Below, in pieces: positions 8,892 to 18,426 of a stretch of DNA of 32,000 nt. The stretch is from Synechococcus elongatus PCC 6301. Lineage in GTDB: Bacteria > Cyanobacteriota > Cyanobacteriia > Synechococcales > Synechococcaceae. Numbering within the stretch: the stretch's first letter is position 1; each line of letters begins with the position of its first letter. The translations under genes were made by a program, and so were the position numbers. The notes beneath the pieces are model-generated. The model was not told where the DNA came from. It searched no databases and saw only the letters and a list, made by a program, of their open reading frames with translations. Where the stretch lies: positions 2,310,001-2,342,000 of the forward strand of contig NC_006576.1 of NCBI RefSeq assembly GCF_000010065.1, given 5' to 3'.

Positions 8892-11441
8892 GTGGACAGC
8901 CGCTACGATCCCCAGGCAATTGAAACGAAGTGGCAACAGTCCTGGGCCGCTGCGCAGCTCGATCGCACTCCCGAAGCGGACGATCGCCCCAAGTTTTATG
9001 CCCTGTCGATGTTCCCCTATCCTTCGGGGAACTTGCACATGGGCCATGTGCGCAACTACACCATCACAGATGCGATCGCGCGGGTCAAACGCCGGCAAGG
9101 CTTCCGAGTGCTGCATGCGATGGGTTGGGATGCCTTCGGTCTACCCGCTGAGAATGCAGCGATCGATCGCGGTGTTCAACCCGCCGATTGGACTTATCAG
9201 AATGTCGCGCAGATGCGCGAGCAACTGAAGCAGTTGGGATTGTCCTACGACTGGGATCGCGAGGTCACGACTTGCTCGCCGGACTACTACCGCTGGACGC
9301 AATGGTTGTTCCTGCAGTTTTTTGAGGCGGGGCTGGCCTATCAGAAGGAAGCCACGGTTAACTGGGACCCGATTGATCAGACTGTGTTGGCGAATGAGCA
9401 GGTCGATAGTGAGGGGCGATCGTGGCGATCGGGTGCCAAAGTGGAGCGCCGCCAGCTCAAGCAATGGTTCCTGAAAATCACGGACTACGCCGAGGAGCTG
9501 CTGCAAGACCTCGATCAGCTGACTGGCTGGCCGGAGCGCGTGCGCTTGATGCAGGCCAACTGGATTGGGAAGTCCACCGGTGCCTATCTGGAATTTCCGA
9601 TCGTCAATTCCAGCGATCGCGTCAAAGTCTTTACGACCCGTCCCGATACGGTCTACGGCGTCAGCTACGTGGTGCTGGCGCCGGAACATCCGTTGGTGAC
9701 ACAGGTAACGACGCCAGAACAGCAAACTGCAGTGGCAGCCTTTGCAGCGGAAGTCAGCCAAACCAGCGAACTAGAGCGGACAGCAGAAGATCGCCCCAAA
9801 CGCGGCGTGCCCACGGGCGGCTTCGTCACTAATCCGTTTACGGGCCAGGCGGTGCCGATCTGGATTGCCGACTACGTTTTGGTTGAGTACGGCACGGGTG
9901 CCGTAATGGGTGTTCCTGCCCACGACAGTCGCGACTTTGCCTTCGCCCAGCGGTATGGCCTGCCAGTGCAGCCGGTGATTCAACCGACAGAAGGCGCGAT
10001 CGCGGAACCTTGGCCGGCTCCCTTCACTGAAGCGGGTGTGATGGTCAACTCCGGCCAGTTCGATGGTCTGTCTTCAACTGAAGCGAAAGCCAAGATCATC
10101 GCCTTTGCCGAAGAACAAGGCTGGGGCCAAGCCCATGTGCAATATCGCCTGCGTGATTGGCTGATCTCCCGTCAGCGCTACTGGGGCTGCCCGATTCCGA
10201 TTGTCCATTGCCCCGACTGCGGCCCTGTGGCAGCAGCCGATCTGCCGGTGCAGCTCCCTGACTCGGTGCAGTTTAGCGGGCGTGGCCCTTCGCCACTAGC
10301 GCAACTGGAAGATTGGGTGACGACCACTTGCCCAAGTTGTGGCAAACCAGCGCGGCGCGAAACCGACACGATGGACACCTTCATGTGTTCGTCTTGGTAC
10401 TACCTTCGCTACAGCGACGCCAGCAATCCAGAAATTGCCTTCACCAAGGACAAGGTCAACGACTGGTTGCCGGTGGATCAGTACGTTGGCGGCATTGAGC
10501 ATGCAATTCTGCACCTGCTCTACTCGCGCTTCTTCACTAAAGTGCTGCGCGATCGCGGCCTCCTCAGCTTCGATGAGCCATTTAAGCGGCTGCTGACCCA
10601 AGGGATGGTGCAGGGGTTGACCTACAAAAATCCCAAGACCGGTAAGTACGTGCCCAGCGATCGCATTAGCGATCCCAGTCAGCCGGTCGATCCTGATACA
10701 GGCGATCGCCTCGAAGTTTTCTTCGAGAAAATGTCGAAGTCGAAGTACAACGGCGTCGATCCAGCCCGAGTCCTCGATCGCTATGGCGCCGATACGGCGC
10801 GAATGTTCATCCTCTTCAAAGCGCCGCCCGAGAAGGATTTGGAGTGGGATGATGCCGATGTTGAAGGTCAATTCCGCTTCTTAAACCGGGTTTGGCGTCT
10901 GGTGCAAACAGCCAGCCAAGTCGAAGCAACGACCGCAGCAGACGATAAGGCCGAAAAGGATCTGCGCCGCGCTGTGCATACGGCGATCCAAGCGTTCACT
11001 GAGGATCTGGAAGAAGATTATCAGCTCAATACGGCGATTGCGGAGCTGATGAAGCTGACCAATGCACTTAACGATGCACCCATGCCTGGGAGTCCGGCCT
11101 ATCTGAAAGGCGTGCAGACATTAGTACTACTGCTGGCACCCTTTGCCCCTCACATTGCCGAGGAACTTTGGCAGCAGCTGGGTGGCGAGCGATCGGTGCA
11201 CCTTGAAGGCTGGCCCGTCTTGGATGAATCGGCACTCATCGTCGATGAAATTCCTTTGGTGATTCAAATTATGGGTAAAACGCGGGGCACAATCACCGTA
11301 CCTGCCTCTGCCGACCGCGATCAGCTCCAACAGTTGGCAAAGAATTCTGAGATTGCCCAACGCTGGCTGGACGGTCAAACAATCCGCAAAGTGATCGTTG
11401 TTCCAGGCAAGTTGGTCAATTTTGTAATCGCTTCACCCTAA
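8892..11441 (+). CDS. leuS: Leucyl-tRNA synthetase
   Basis: Class I signature [39 protein letters not shown] and the editing domain. GTG 8892 has AAGGAG (8881-8886) just upstream; an in-frame ATG at 8844 is an alternative start. Confidence 0.97.
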   Translation: MDSRYDPQAIETKWQQSWAAAQLDRTPEADDRPKFYALSMFPYPSGNLHMGHVRNYTITDAIARVKRRQGFRVLHAMGWDAFGLPAENAAIDRGVQPADWTYQNVAQMREQLKQLGLSYDWDREVTTCSPDYYRWTQWLFLQFFEAGLAYQKEATVNWDPIDQTVLANEQVDSEGRSWRSGAKVERRQLKQWFLKITDYAEELLQDLDQLTGWPERVRLMQANWIGKSTGAYLEFPIVNSSDRVKVFTTRPDTVYGVSYVVLAPEHPLVTQVTTPEQQTAVAAFAAEVSQTSELERTAEDRPKRGVPTGGFVTNPFTGQAVPIWIADYVLVEYGTGAVMGVPAHDSRDFAFAQRYGLPVQPVIQPTEGAIAEPWPAPFTEAGVMVNSGQFDGLSSTEAKAKIIAFAEEQGWGQAHVQYRLRDWLISRQRYWGCPIPIVHCPDCGPVAAADLPVQLPDSVQFSGRGPSPLAQLEDWVTTTCPSCGKPARRETDTMDTFMCSSWYYLRYSDASNPEIAFTKDKVNDWLPVDQYVGGIEHAILHLLYSRFFTKVLRDRGLLSFDEPFKRLLTQGMVQGLTYKNPKTGKYVPSDRISDPSQPVDPDTGDRLEVFFEKMSKSKYNGVDPARVLDRYGADTARMFILFKAPPEKDLEWDDADVEGQFRFLNRVWRLVQTASQVEATTAADDKAEKDLRRAVHTAIQAFTEDLEEDYQLNTAIAELMKLTNALNDAPMPGSPAYLKGVQTLVLLLAPFAPHIAEELWQQLGGERSVHLEGWPVLDESALIVDEIPLVIQIMGKTRGTITVPASADRDQLQQLAKNSEIAQRWLDGQTIRKVIVVPGKLVNFVIASP

Positions 11442-11471
11442 ATCAGCACTAAAGAGACAACTATGAGTTCT

Positions 11472-11491
11472 GGAGTCCTTAGTTGGGCTCC
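11472..11491 (+). terminator. Possible stem-loop 3' of leuS
   Basis: GGAGTCC TTAGTT GGGCTCC: 7-bp stem with one G-U pair. No clear U tract. Confidence 0.3.
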
Positions 11492-11710
11492 TATCTCTAG
11501 GATTTCAACCGAGTGATCCCAGAGTTTAAATGCAGGGTCTCTGGTGTGCCTGGTGTCGTATCATTCTCAAAGCTGGGAAATTTTAAAAGCCACTCTTTCT
11601 AAACAAAAGATGATTTCCCTATCTAGTACTTTTTTAGCCCTAAATACTGTCCAACTTGCCTAGAGAGAATTATTATTGAACGGTTGTAAACTCTTCCTGG
11701 CCGGTTGTTG

Positions 11711-12472
11711 ATGCCTTCGAGCAATTTCGAGATTGATAGTCAGCAGCGAGCTTTGCGACTTGCTCGCCTCGTTCAACAAATCCGCGCTAACCTAGCAGGC
11801 CGCTCGCTGCGCCCTTTCGCAGATATGCTGCCTGCTCCTGAGAACCTCTCGAAGCGTAAGCTATCGCGGTTACTAGGTGTCTCGCCTACCCTGATCAACA
11901 AATATGAATCGGGGGAAATTGATCCTTGGGAAATTCGTTGGGGCCTAATGCGAAGGCTAGCGCGGCTGGCTGAACTCTCTCTAGAGCAGCTAGACGCTAC
12001 TCTGAGTGGGGATGAAACCTTTACCCAGCCAGAACTCGAGCAGCGGTCTGTTCCACCCCATGAGCTGATCAGCTCCATTCGGGGAGCGCTTGATCGCCTT
12101 GAAGCTAGCCTTGAGCATGTGCAGGGAGATGAGTCCCGCGAGTATTTGGTGCCTTGGTTTGGGCGTTACCTGCGGACCCTCTTGGCGGATCAGGCGCGGG
12201 AATCCCGCAAGACCTTGAGTGAGCTGACCGATGCTCTGATTGCTGCCCTCCCCAGTACCGATGCTGATCGGAGTGCCCTGCTGCGGAAGGTTTTTGAAGG
12301 GCAAGCTGAATTGACCGATCGCCAAATTGAGGTTGAATGCGTTGCCTTGGCGGCTGCCCTCAGCGAAGTGATTGAAGTCCCCGTCACGGCTGGGCAATTG
12401 CTGGCGCTACTGCCCGATGCCGAAATGCGATCGCAACTAGAAGCCTCGGGCTCGGGACAAGAGGGGGAGTAG
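11711..12472 (+). CDS. Helix-turn-helix (XRE-like) transcriptional regulator
   Basis: ENLSKRKLSRLLGVSPTLINKYESGEIDPWEIRWGLMRRLARLAELSLEQL is an XRE-type HTH. Confidence 0.75.
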   Translation: MPSSNFEIDSQQRALRLARLVQQIRANLAGRSLRPFADMLPAPENLSKRKLSRLLGVSPTLINKYESGEIDPWEIRWGLMRRLARLAELSLEQLDATLSGDETFTQPELEQRSVPPHELISSIRGALDRLEASLEHVQGDESREYLVPWFGRYLRTLLADQARESRKTLSELTDALIAALPSTDADRSALLRKVFEGQAELTDRQIEVECVALAAALSEVIEVPVTAGQLLALLPDAEMRSQLEASGSGQEGE

Positions 12473-13519
12473 CCACGCTTCTAGACGTTGACCCATCGCA
12501 GCCAAGGAAAACCGTGCTTCGGCTTGGGCTCGACAGTAAGCGCGATCGAGGCTAGACAGTTGCCCAATTGCGTTGACGAGAGCAGCCTGTTGATCGGGTT
12601 CTACCAGCCAGCCACTCTTGCCCTGCTCAATAATTTCCAAGGGTCCGCCGCGGGCATAGGCTATCACTGGTACGCCACAGGCGAGGGCTTCAATGGCGAC
12701 GTTGCCAAAGGCTTCCACCCATTTTGGGGTCATTAACAGGCCTTGGCAGCGGCCCAAGCCACGTTGCAACTCATCGGTACTGACGAAGCCCTGATAGCTG
12801 ACGGCCCGATCGCCAAACTGCTGTTGGAGTCGTTGCCAATAGTCGGGTTCAGTCAGGGCACCCCAGACCCGCAACGGGAGGCCAGCCTGTTGAGCGGCTT
12901 GAATGGCATCTTCTAGGCCCTTTTCTGGTGCAATCCGTCCTACCCAGCCCAAGACCGGCTCTGGCTCTGGGTTAAACCCATAGGCTGCTAGGTCAAGGGC
13001 ATTGCCGATACAAAGGCAGCGATCGCCAAAGGGAAAGGTTGCTGCCTGAGCCAGACTGTGGACAGCGATGCTGCCGGGATAGCGATCGAGGCTTGTGGCG
13101 ATCGCCTGATCCATCACCTCAGATAGGGATCCCATGCTGATCAAATGGGCGACAGGCATCTTGAAAAACGGCGTCAGATATAGCGGTAGCCAGTCGTAGG
13201 CGAAGTTGAGGATCAGGTCAAAGTCGGTTTGCTGCTGGTGAGCTCGATCCCAGAGCCGGGCTAAAACACTCTCAGCAGGAATCTCAGCAGGAGTGGCGCG
13301 CCCGTGACTTTGAGCCGTGCTTTGCCAAGTCCCAGGCACCGTTTCCAGCGGCAAATCGGGCAGCACCGATCCAGCCGGCGCGAGCACGCTGACTTGGTGC
13401 CCCTCGCTGGGGTCAGAGCCTTGGCTAAATTGGGCAGGGTCAGTTCAACACCGCCCCCTCGCCCCGACCCCAAGGGGCCGACGGGGTGTTGATACAAACA
13501 GAAAACGGTGGGCAGTCAT
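12437..13519 (-). pseudogene. Family 4 glycosyltransferase with an apparently frameshifted 5' end (sequence error or real lesion)
   Basis: Intact ORF 12437..13387 carries GWVGRIAPEKGLEDAI and PKWVEAFGNVAIEALACGVPVIAYARGGPLEII. The missing N-terminus MTAHRFLFVSTP/VGPLGSGRGGGVELTLPNLAKAL/..HQVSVLAPAG is split over three frames. The ATG at 13519 has GGAGG upstream. Confidence 0.75.
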
Positions 13520-13576
13520 AGAGACGCCTCCGAGGGATGCTGGCGCGATCGCGGTTAGGAAAAGCTGGGGATGCTG

Positions 13577-14671
13577 CTACTGGGCTGAGCGATCGGGGAC
13601 TTCAGGTAGAGCCGGATCGATAACAGCGGGCTGGAGTCGGGTTTTCCAGCCTCGGGCTGTCAACCAATCCCGCTGACTGATCAGCAAAATACTGACCAGG
13701 CTAAGGCTGACCCCGACCCATTGGATCATGCCCAGCTTTTCACCCAAGAAGAGATTGCCAAATAACAGTGCAAAGACCGGCGTCAAAAAGGTCAGCGCAC
13801 TCAGGCTTGTCAAGCTGCCGCTGGCGGCAAAGTAAAAAAATAGCCCGTAGGCGATCGCACTGCCGAAGAGGGTGGCGTAGCTCAAGGCCAGCCAGTCACT
13901 GAGGCCGAGTTGCTGCCACTGTTGGCTTTCGAGGCTCCAGCTGCCCAAGACCAAAGGAATAGCCCCAGCGATCATGTGCCAGCCGGTTGCCGCGATTGGG
14001 TCGGCCCAGCGCGAGACATAGCGACTGAGGATGGTGCCGACAGCCATGGAAAGCGCTGCCAGCAACATCAGCCAGCGACCGTTGTTGAAGAGGGCGCTCA
14101 GCCAGCTTTGATCGGTGGGCCAGAGTTCTGCGATCGCGGGGCCAACCAACTGGACGGGAATATGCAGCCCCTGTAAGAGGCGATCGCCCAGGGCTAATAA
14201 CCACGTCTCAGGCAACCCCAATAGGCTGATGCCGACAATACCGATCGCTAGCCCCAGCCAGCCCCAAAGGCCAATCCGCTCGCCGAACAGCCAGTAGGCC
14301 AGCAGCGCCACGATCAGCGGCTGCGAATCGATCATGACGGAACCAATGCCTGCTCCGGTGCGGGTTAGCCCCTCAGCCAAAAATCCTTGAAAAAGGGTGC
14401 CATCCACCAGGCCAAAGAGCCCAATCCAGGCCCAAGCCCGCCAACCCTGGGGTTGGGGCCGTCCCAACCAAGCCGCAGCCAGCAGGACCAGGATGCCAGC
14501 CGGCAACAGTCGCACGGTGGCCAAAAAGAGGGGAGTGGTGTGGTCGGTCGTACCTTTCATGGCTACCATGGCCGTTCCCCAAAGGAAAAAGGGCGCCAGC
14601 AGAAGCGGAGTTTTGGCAAGCGCAGGCGGCCCAGCAGCAGGCATAGCAATGGCGGAAAGGTCGGCGCTCAT
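13577..14671 (-). CDS. EamA/DMT superfamily transporter
   Basis: About ten hydrophobic segments: PFFLWGTAMVAMK...PLIVALLAYWLFGERI...LSALTFLTPVFALLFGNLFLGEKL. Confidence 0.9.
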   Translation of the reverse strand: MSADLSAIAMPAAGPPALAKTPLLLAPFFLWGTAMVAMKGTTDHTTPLFLATVRLLPAGILVLLAAAWLGRPQPQGWRAWAWIGLFGLVDGTLFQGFLAEGLTRTGAGIGSVMIDSQPLIVALLAYWLFGERIGLWGWLGLAIGIVGISLLGLPETWLLALGDRLLQGLHIPVQLVGPAIAELWPTDQSWLSALFNNGRWLMLLAALSMAVGTILSRYVSRWADPIAATGWHMIAGAIPLVLGSWSLESQQWQQLGLSDWLALSYATLFGSAIAYGLFFYFAASGSLTSLSALTFLTPVFALLFGNLFLGEKLGMIQWVGVSLSLVSILLISQRDWLTARGWKTRLQPAVIDPALPEVPDRSAQ

Positions 14672-14758
14672 TCTAACAAGGCCGCGATCGCCGGTTTCGG
14701 CTCCCCTCCTAGCGGGGATTTTCTACAATCAGAAGAATTCAGCATTCTTGGGTTCCCT

Positions 14759-15571
14759 ATGGTTTGGCCATTCCCGCGTCGTGCCCGCAAGCAAATTGCT
14801 CGCATCGAAGTGTCGGGAGCGATCGCCGGTGGGACCCGTCAACGGTTGTTGCGATCGCTGAAGACTGTGGCGGAACGGGGCTATCCGGCACTGCTGCTGC
14901 GGATTGACAGCCCAGGCGGCACCGTCGGTGACTCCCAGGAAATCTACGAAGCCCTAAAACGACTGCGCAGCCAGCATCAGACCAAAGTTATCGCTAGCTT
15001 TGGCAATATTTCGGCATCCGGCGGAGTCTACATCGGCATGGGAGCCGACAAAATCGTCAGCAACCCCGGCACGATCACGGGCAGCATTGGTGTAATTTTG
15101 CGCGGTAACAACCTTGAGCGCCTGCTCGATCGGGTTGGCGTCTCCTTCAAGGTGATCAAGTCTGGCCCCTATAAGGACATCCTCTCCTTCGATCGCGAGC
15201 TAACTGACAACGAAAAGGAGATTCTGCAAAACTTGATCGACATCAGCTACCAGCAGTTTGTTCAAACCGTGGCTGATGCGCGGCAATTGACCGTAGAAAC
15301 CGTCAAAAGCTTTGCCGATGGCCGAATTTTTACCGGTGAGCAAGCGCTGAGTTTAGGCTTGATCGATCGCCTTGGCACTGAAGAAGATGCTCGGCGTTGG
15401 GCGGCGGAATTGGTGGGACTCGATCCTGAAAAAGCAACCCTCGCTCCGATCGAAGAACCGAAACCTCTCACTCGCCGGTTGCTACCGCTGGGGCAGGTTG
15501 GTGCTGGCCTTGACTGGCTGGAATTTGAACTGACGGCCGCTGGCCAACCGCTCTGGCTCTACCGTCCTTGA
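14759..15571 (+). CDS. sppA: Signal peptide peptidase SppA-type serine protease
   Basis: RIDSPGGTVGDSQEIYEAL, IASFGNISASGGVYIGMGADKIVSNPGTITGSIGVI (catalytic Ser), KSGPYKD. Start at internal ATG 14759, not 14387. Confidence 0.93.
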   Translation: MVWPFPRRARKQIARIEVSGAIAGGTRQRLLRSLKTVAERGYPALLLRIDSPGGTVGDSQEIYEALKRLRSQHQTKVIASFGNISASGGVYIGMGADKIVSNPGTITGSIGVILRGNNLERLLDRVGVSFKVIKSGPYKDILSFDRELTDNEKEILQNLIDISYQQFVQTVADARQLTVETVKSFADGRIFTGEQALSLGLIDRLGTEEDARRWAAELVGLDPEKATLAPIEEPKPLTRRLLPLGQVGAGLDWLEFELTAAGQPLWLYRP

Positions 15572-15627
15572 GGTCTGGACTGAATCACGGGATACTCTGG
15601 AGGGATGATTGCCCAGGAGGATAGGCC

Positions 15628-16020
15628 GTGTCGTGGCGGGTCAAAGCGATTCGAGGTGCAACCACCGTTCGTGAAAACACGGCGGAAGCCATGCGCGAAG
15701 CAGTCAGTGAGCTTTTAGACGAGCTGGAGCGCCGCAATCCTCTCAACCCCGACGATATTGTCAGCCTGACTTTCTCAGTCACTCGCGACCTCGATGCCAT
15801 GTTTCCGGCTGCTGTTGCTCGTCAGCGGGCTGGCTGGCAGAATGTGCCGCTGCTAGATGTGCAGCAAATGTATGTGGAGGGCAGTCTCGAGCGCTGTATT
15901 CGTCTGCTCCTGCATTTCAACTGCCCCGAAGATCAGCCGCCGATCGAGCATCCCTACTTGCGGGGTGCCCAAGTGCTGCGACCGGACTGGGTACTCACTG
16001 AGTCTGCGAATCATCGCTAG
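15628..16020 (+). CDS. aroH: Monofunctional chorismate mutase, AroH type
   Basis: VKAIRGATTVRENTAEAMREAVSELLDE, SLTFSVTRDLDAMFPA, VEGSLERCIRLLLHFNC. Confidence 0.94.
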   Translation: MSWRVKAIRGATTVRENTAEAMREAVSELLDELERRNPLNPDDIVSLTFSVTRDLDAMFPAAVARQRAGWQNVPLLDVQQMYVEGSLERCIRLLLHFNCPEDQPPIEHPYLRGAQVLRPDWVLTESANHR

Positions 16021-16187
16021 AACTCAGGTTAAGGTCTGATCACGCAATGACTTAGACCTGATTCGCTGCTGACCCAAAGTTTATCCAAACTTGTTGGATC
16101 AATCTTGAGTCGATCCAATCAAAGGCGATCGCTCAGACAAAATCTCAGTAGATGCCGCGATCGCCCCTCCTCAGGCTGAAAGCGGTG

Positions 16188-16646
16188 TTATAGGACTTGA
16201 TGCGTGTAGGCGTGCTGCTTGACGTTGTCTTCAGGACGCACCACCGGCGCTGCATTCAAGATGCGCTTGCGTTCCAGTGAATATTGGAAATCGCTGTAGC
16301 GATCGCCCAAAGGCAAGCGTTCACGGGTTTGTGGGTCGCGGCGATACGTTCTGGCCGCGGCCAAAAGGCGTTCGTGAAAGTCGGAGCAGAGCTGCGCGGT
16401 TTCCGGCCAATCCCTAGGCCGTTGCCAATCCGTCAGATCTAGCCAATCCGCGAGGGTGGTGGCGATCGCGGTTTGATAGGCCGTCGGCACACCCGCAAAC
16501 AAAGCACCCAACGCGGCCGCCGGGATTGGCTCAATAATTGTCAGCTCTTGCATCCCCTCCGGTTGCTTGAGGAAGCAAGTTGCCAAGCCCAAAACAACGT
16601 AACTCTCGGGGCTTAAATCATCGAGAGGCAGAGCGATCGCAGTCAT
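16188..16646 (-). CDS. Conserved hypothetical protein
   Basis: Intact ORF (MTAIALPLDDLSPESYVVLGLATCFLKQPEG...). Start trimmed from the track ORF to avoid overlap with the next gene. Confidence 0.6.
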   Translation of the reverse strand: MTAIALPLDDLSPESYVVLGLATCFLKQPEGMQELTIIEPIPAAALGALFAGVPTAYQTAIATTLADWLDLTDWQRPRDWPETAQLCSDFHERLLAAARTYRRDPQTRERLPLGDRYSDFQYSLERKRILNAAPVVRPEDNVKQHAYTHQVL

Positions 16647-16681
16647 GGAACAGGACGCAGAGAGGGGGTCTATGCGCCATC

Positions 16682-17065
16682 CTAACGACTGGTTTCGGGG
16701 CTGGACTCCTGCCACACAATTCGTTTCTGACCCGGCTGAATCCAGTTGCCCTGCTCTTGCATCACGGTTCGGGCTTCAGCGGTCGAGAAGACTCGCGCAA
16801 AATCGTTTTTTAAGATCTGCACCCGTCTTTCCGTCAGTTGCAGTTCTGCATCCAGTTCTTGTAACCGTTCAAGCCGAGTCGAAGCAGACTGTAGCAGGCG
16901 CAGACCCGATGTACTGAGCAATGTGGCTACAGCGAGCAAGAGGGTCAGCTTGAGGGTGGGTTCAAGCCATAGGCAGGGAGCCGCTGCAGCGGTCGACGTT
17001 TTGGCCACCGCAACAGGCGGGCGATCGCGATGGGAAGTGGAGCGAACTCTGGGAACAGCAGCCAT
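16682..17065 (-). CDS. Small bitopic membrane protein with coiled coil (FtsL/FtsB/DivIC-like layout)
   Basis: 127 aa: TM segment LKLTLLLAVATLLSTSGLRLLQS, then RLERLQELDAELQLTERRVQILKNDFARVF. Confidence 0.6.
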   Translation of the reverse strand: MAAVPRVRSTSHRDRPPVAVAKTSTAAAAPCLWLEPTLKLTLLLAVATLLSTSGLRLLQSASTRLERLQELDAELQLTERRVQILKNDFARVFSTAEARTVMQEQGNWIQPGQKRIVWQESSPETSR

Positions 17066-17145
17066 GCGATCGAAGGGTTGGACGTTTGTAGGCCAAACTC
17101 TAGCGGGTTTCAGTAGTGAGTGCCAAGCTTTTTAGCGCCCTAAAT

Positions 17146-17180
17146 CAAAAACTCTCTGGTCGCCGAGGTTCCCAGAGAGT
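17146..17180 (-). terminator. Rho-independent-like terminator downstream of psaM
   Basis: ACTCTCTGG (17151-17159) and CCAGAGAGT (17172-17180), a perfect 9-bp stem. On the minus strand it is followed by TTTTGATTTA. Confidence 0.8.
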
Positions 17181-17221
17181 CAGTCGTGATTGTAGTGAAC
17201 GCAGACAGACTAGCGATAGCT

Positions 17222-17311
17222 TTAGCGATAGAGTTCGGTGCCCAGACGGTACGCCAAAACAGCTGGCACGAGGGCAAGGAGTAGGGCGACAAAGACTTGA
17301 GTATCAGTCAT
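17222..17311 (-). CDS. psaM: Photosystem I reaction center subunit XII (PsaM), 29 aa
   Basis: Hand translation: MTDTQVFVALLLALVPAVLAYRLGTELYR*. Matches the PsaM pattern (DTQ..VAL..AL.PA.LA.RL.TELY). GAGAGAG purine stretch upstream. Missed by the track because it is under 60 aa. Confidence 0.92.
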   Translation of the reverse strand: MTDTQVFVALLLALVPAVLAYRLGTELYR

Positions 17312-17434
17312 TACAGGCTCTCTCTCGATTTCAGCGCTAGATTGCTAATTACTTTCCGTGATCGAAAAGAGTCAAACCAGCGCTTTTCACATCATTTAAC
17401 AACTCGAGGTTCATCCCCTACCTTGCTCGACCCC

Positions 17435-18109
17435 ATGTTCCACAGCACCTTCGAGGGCTTGCCATCGACCCGTACTCGCTTCATGAAGCAGGTGAAGGAT
17501 GTTCAACAGGACATCCTCCGCATGGGAGCACTGGTCGAAAACTCTTGCTGGCTGGCTCGGCAAGCCCTGGTCGAGCGGGATTTGTCGGCACCGGATCAGA
17601 TCGACCAGCAAGATCAGGTGATCGATGCCCTCTACCGCAAGATTGAGCAGGACTGTCTGAGTCTGGTGGCGCTCCAGTCGCCCGTTAGCCGTGATCTGCG
17701 CATTTTGAGTGCGTTCATGCAGATCGTGCGAGACCTCGAGCGGATTGGTGACTACGCCGAAAACTTGGGCGAAATTGCGATTCGGCTGTTTGCTCTAGCC
17801 CCCCATCCGATCATTGAGCCTGTGGGGCTAATGCTGGAGCGATCGCGCTCGATGCTGGCCATGAGCCTGGCGGCGATCGCCAATATCGATGCGGAACTGG
17901 GGCGAGCCATTAAAGACAAAGATGATGCCGTCGATGCAGATTTTGACGCGCTCTACGATCGCCTCGTCCACGATTCCCAGGCGCAATTCAACCTAGAAGC
18001 AACAGTTTTGCTGGTACTGGTGATCCGCCACATTGAACGGATGGCCGACCACGCCACGAATGTCGGCCAGCGGATTTGCTTCATCCAGAGCGGCCGGATG
18101 CCGAACTAG
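17435..18109 (+). CDS. phoU: Phosphate signaling complex protein PhoU
   Basis: ARQALVERDLSAPDQIDQQDQVIDALYRKIEQDCLSLVALQSPVSRDLRILSAFMQIVRDLERIGDYAENLGEIAIR and RHIERMADHATNVGQRICFIQSG. Confidence 0.93.
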   Translation: MFHSTFEGLPSTRTRFMKQVKDVQQDILRMGALVENSCWLARQALVERDLSAPDQIDQQDQVIDALYRKIEQDCLSLVALQSPVSRDLRILSAFMQIVRDLERIGDYAENLGEIAIRLFALAPHPIIEPVGLMLERSRSMLAMSLAAIANIDAELGRAIKDKDDAVDADFDALYDRLVHDSQAQFNLEATVLLVLVIRHIERMADHATNVGQRICFIQSGRMPN

Positions 18110-18426
18110 ACCGGCCTCGATCGCAGGGGCACCGTAGAATAGACAAACGCCGTTGTTGCGTGATGCTGGTCTGCACCGTCTTTAAGAGCGATCGCTTAAG
18201 ATTTCGCCCTTGAGCCCAAGGAGAGTCAGCAAATCGCGCAAGGGTTCACCTGTCTACTCCGGCTGGCTATTCTCGTTGCCTTAGATTGGCAGCCCCGAAG
18301 GATTGGCACAGGTGCAGCCTCGTCTGAGCTGACAGTATTGTCCAACTGTCGTCACTGTCGCTTTCGCGATCGGCCCTCCGCTTCAGGCCATTGCCGCCCC
18401 TCAACTCCACCTCTATCCCCGACTCG

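Noticed and set aside
9141-10871. Long antisense ORFs inside leuS (9141..9761 -, 10296..10871 -)
   Set aside because: They lie fully opposite a well-supported leuS, have no recognisable motifs, and are expected in GC-rich coding sequence.
14387-14758. N-terminal 124 codons of the track's sppA ORF
   Set aside because: They run antisense into the start of the DMT transporter gene and are Lys/Gln/Pro-rich without similarity. The SppA sequence begins at MVWPFPRR (14759).
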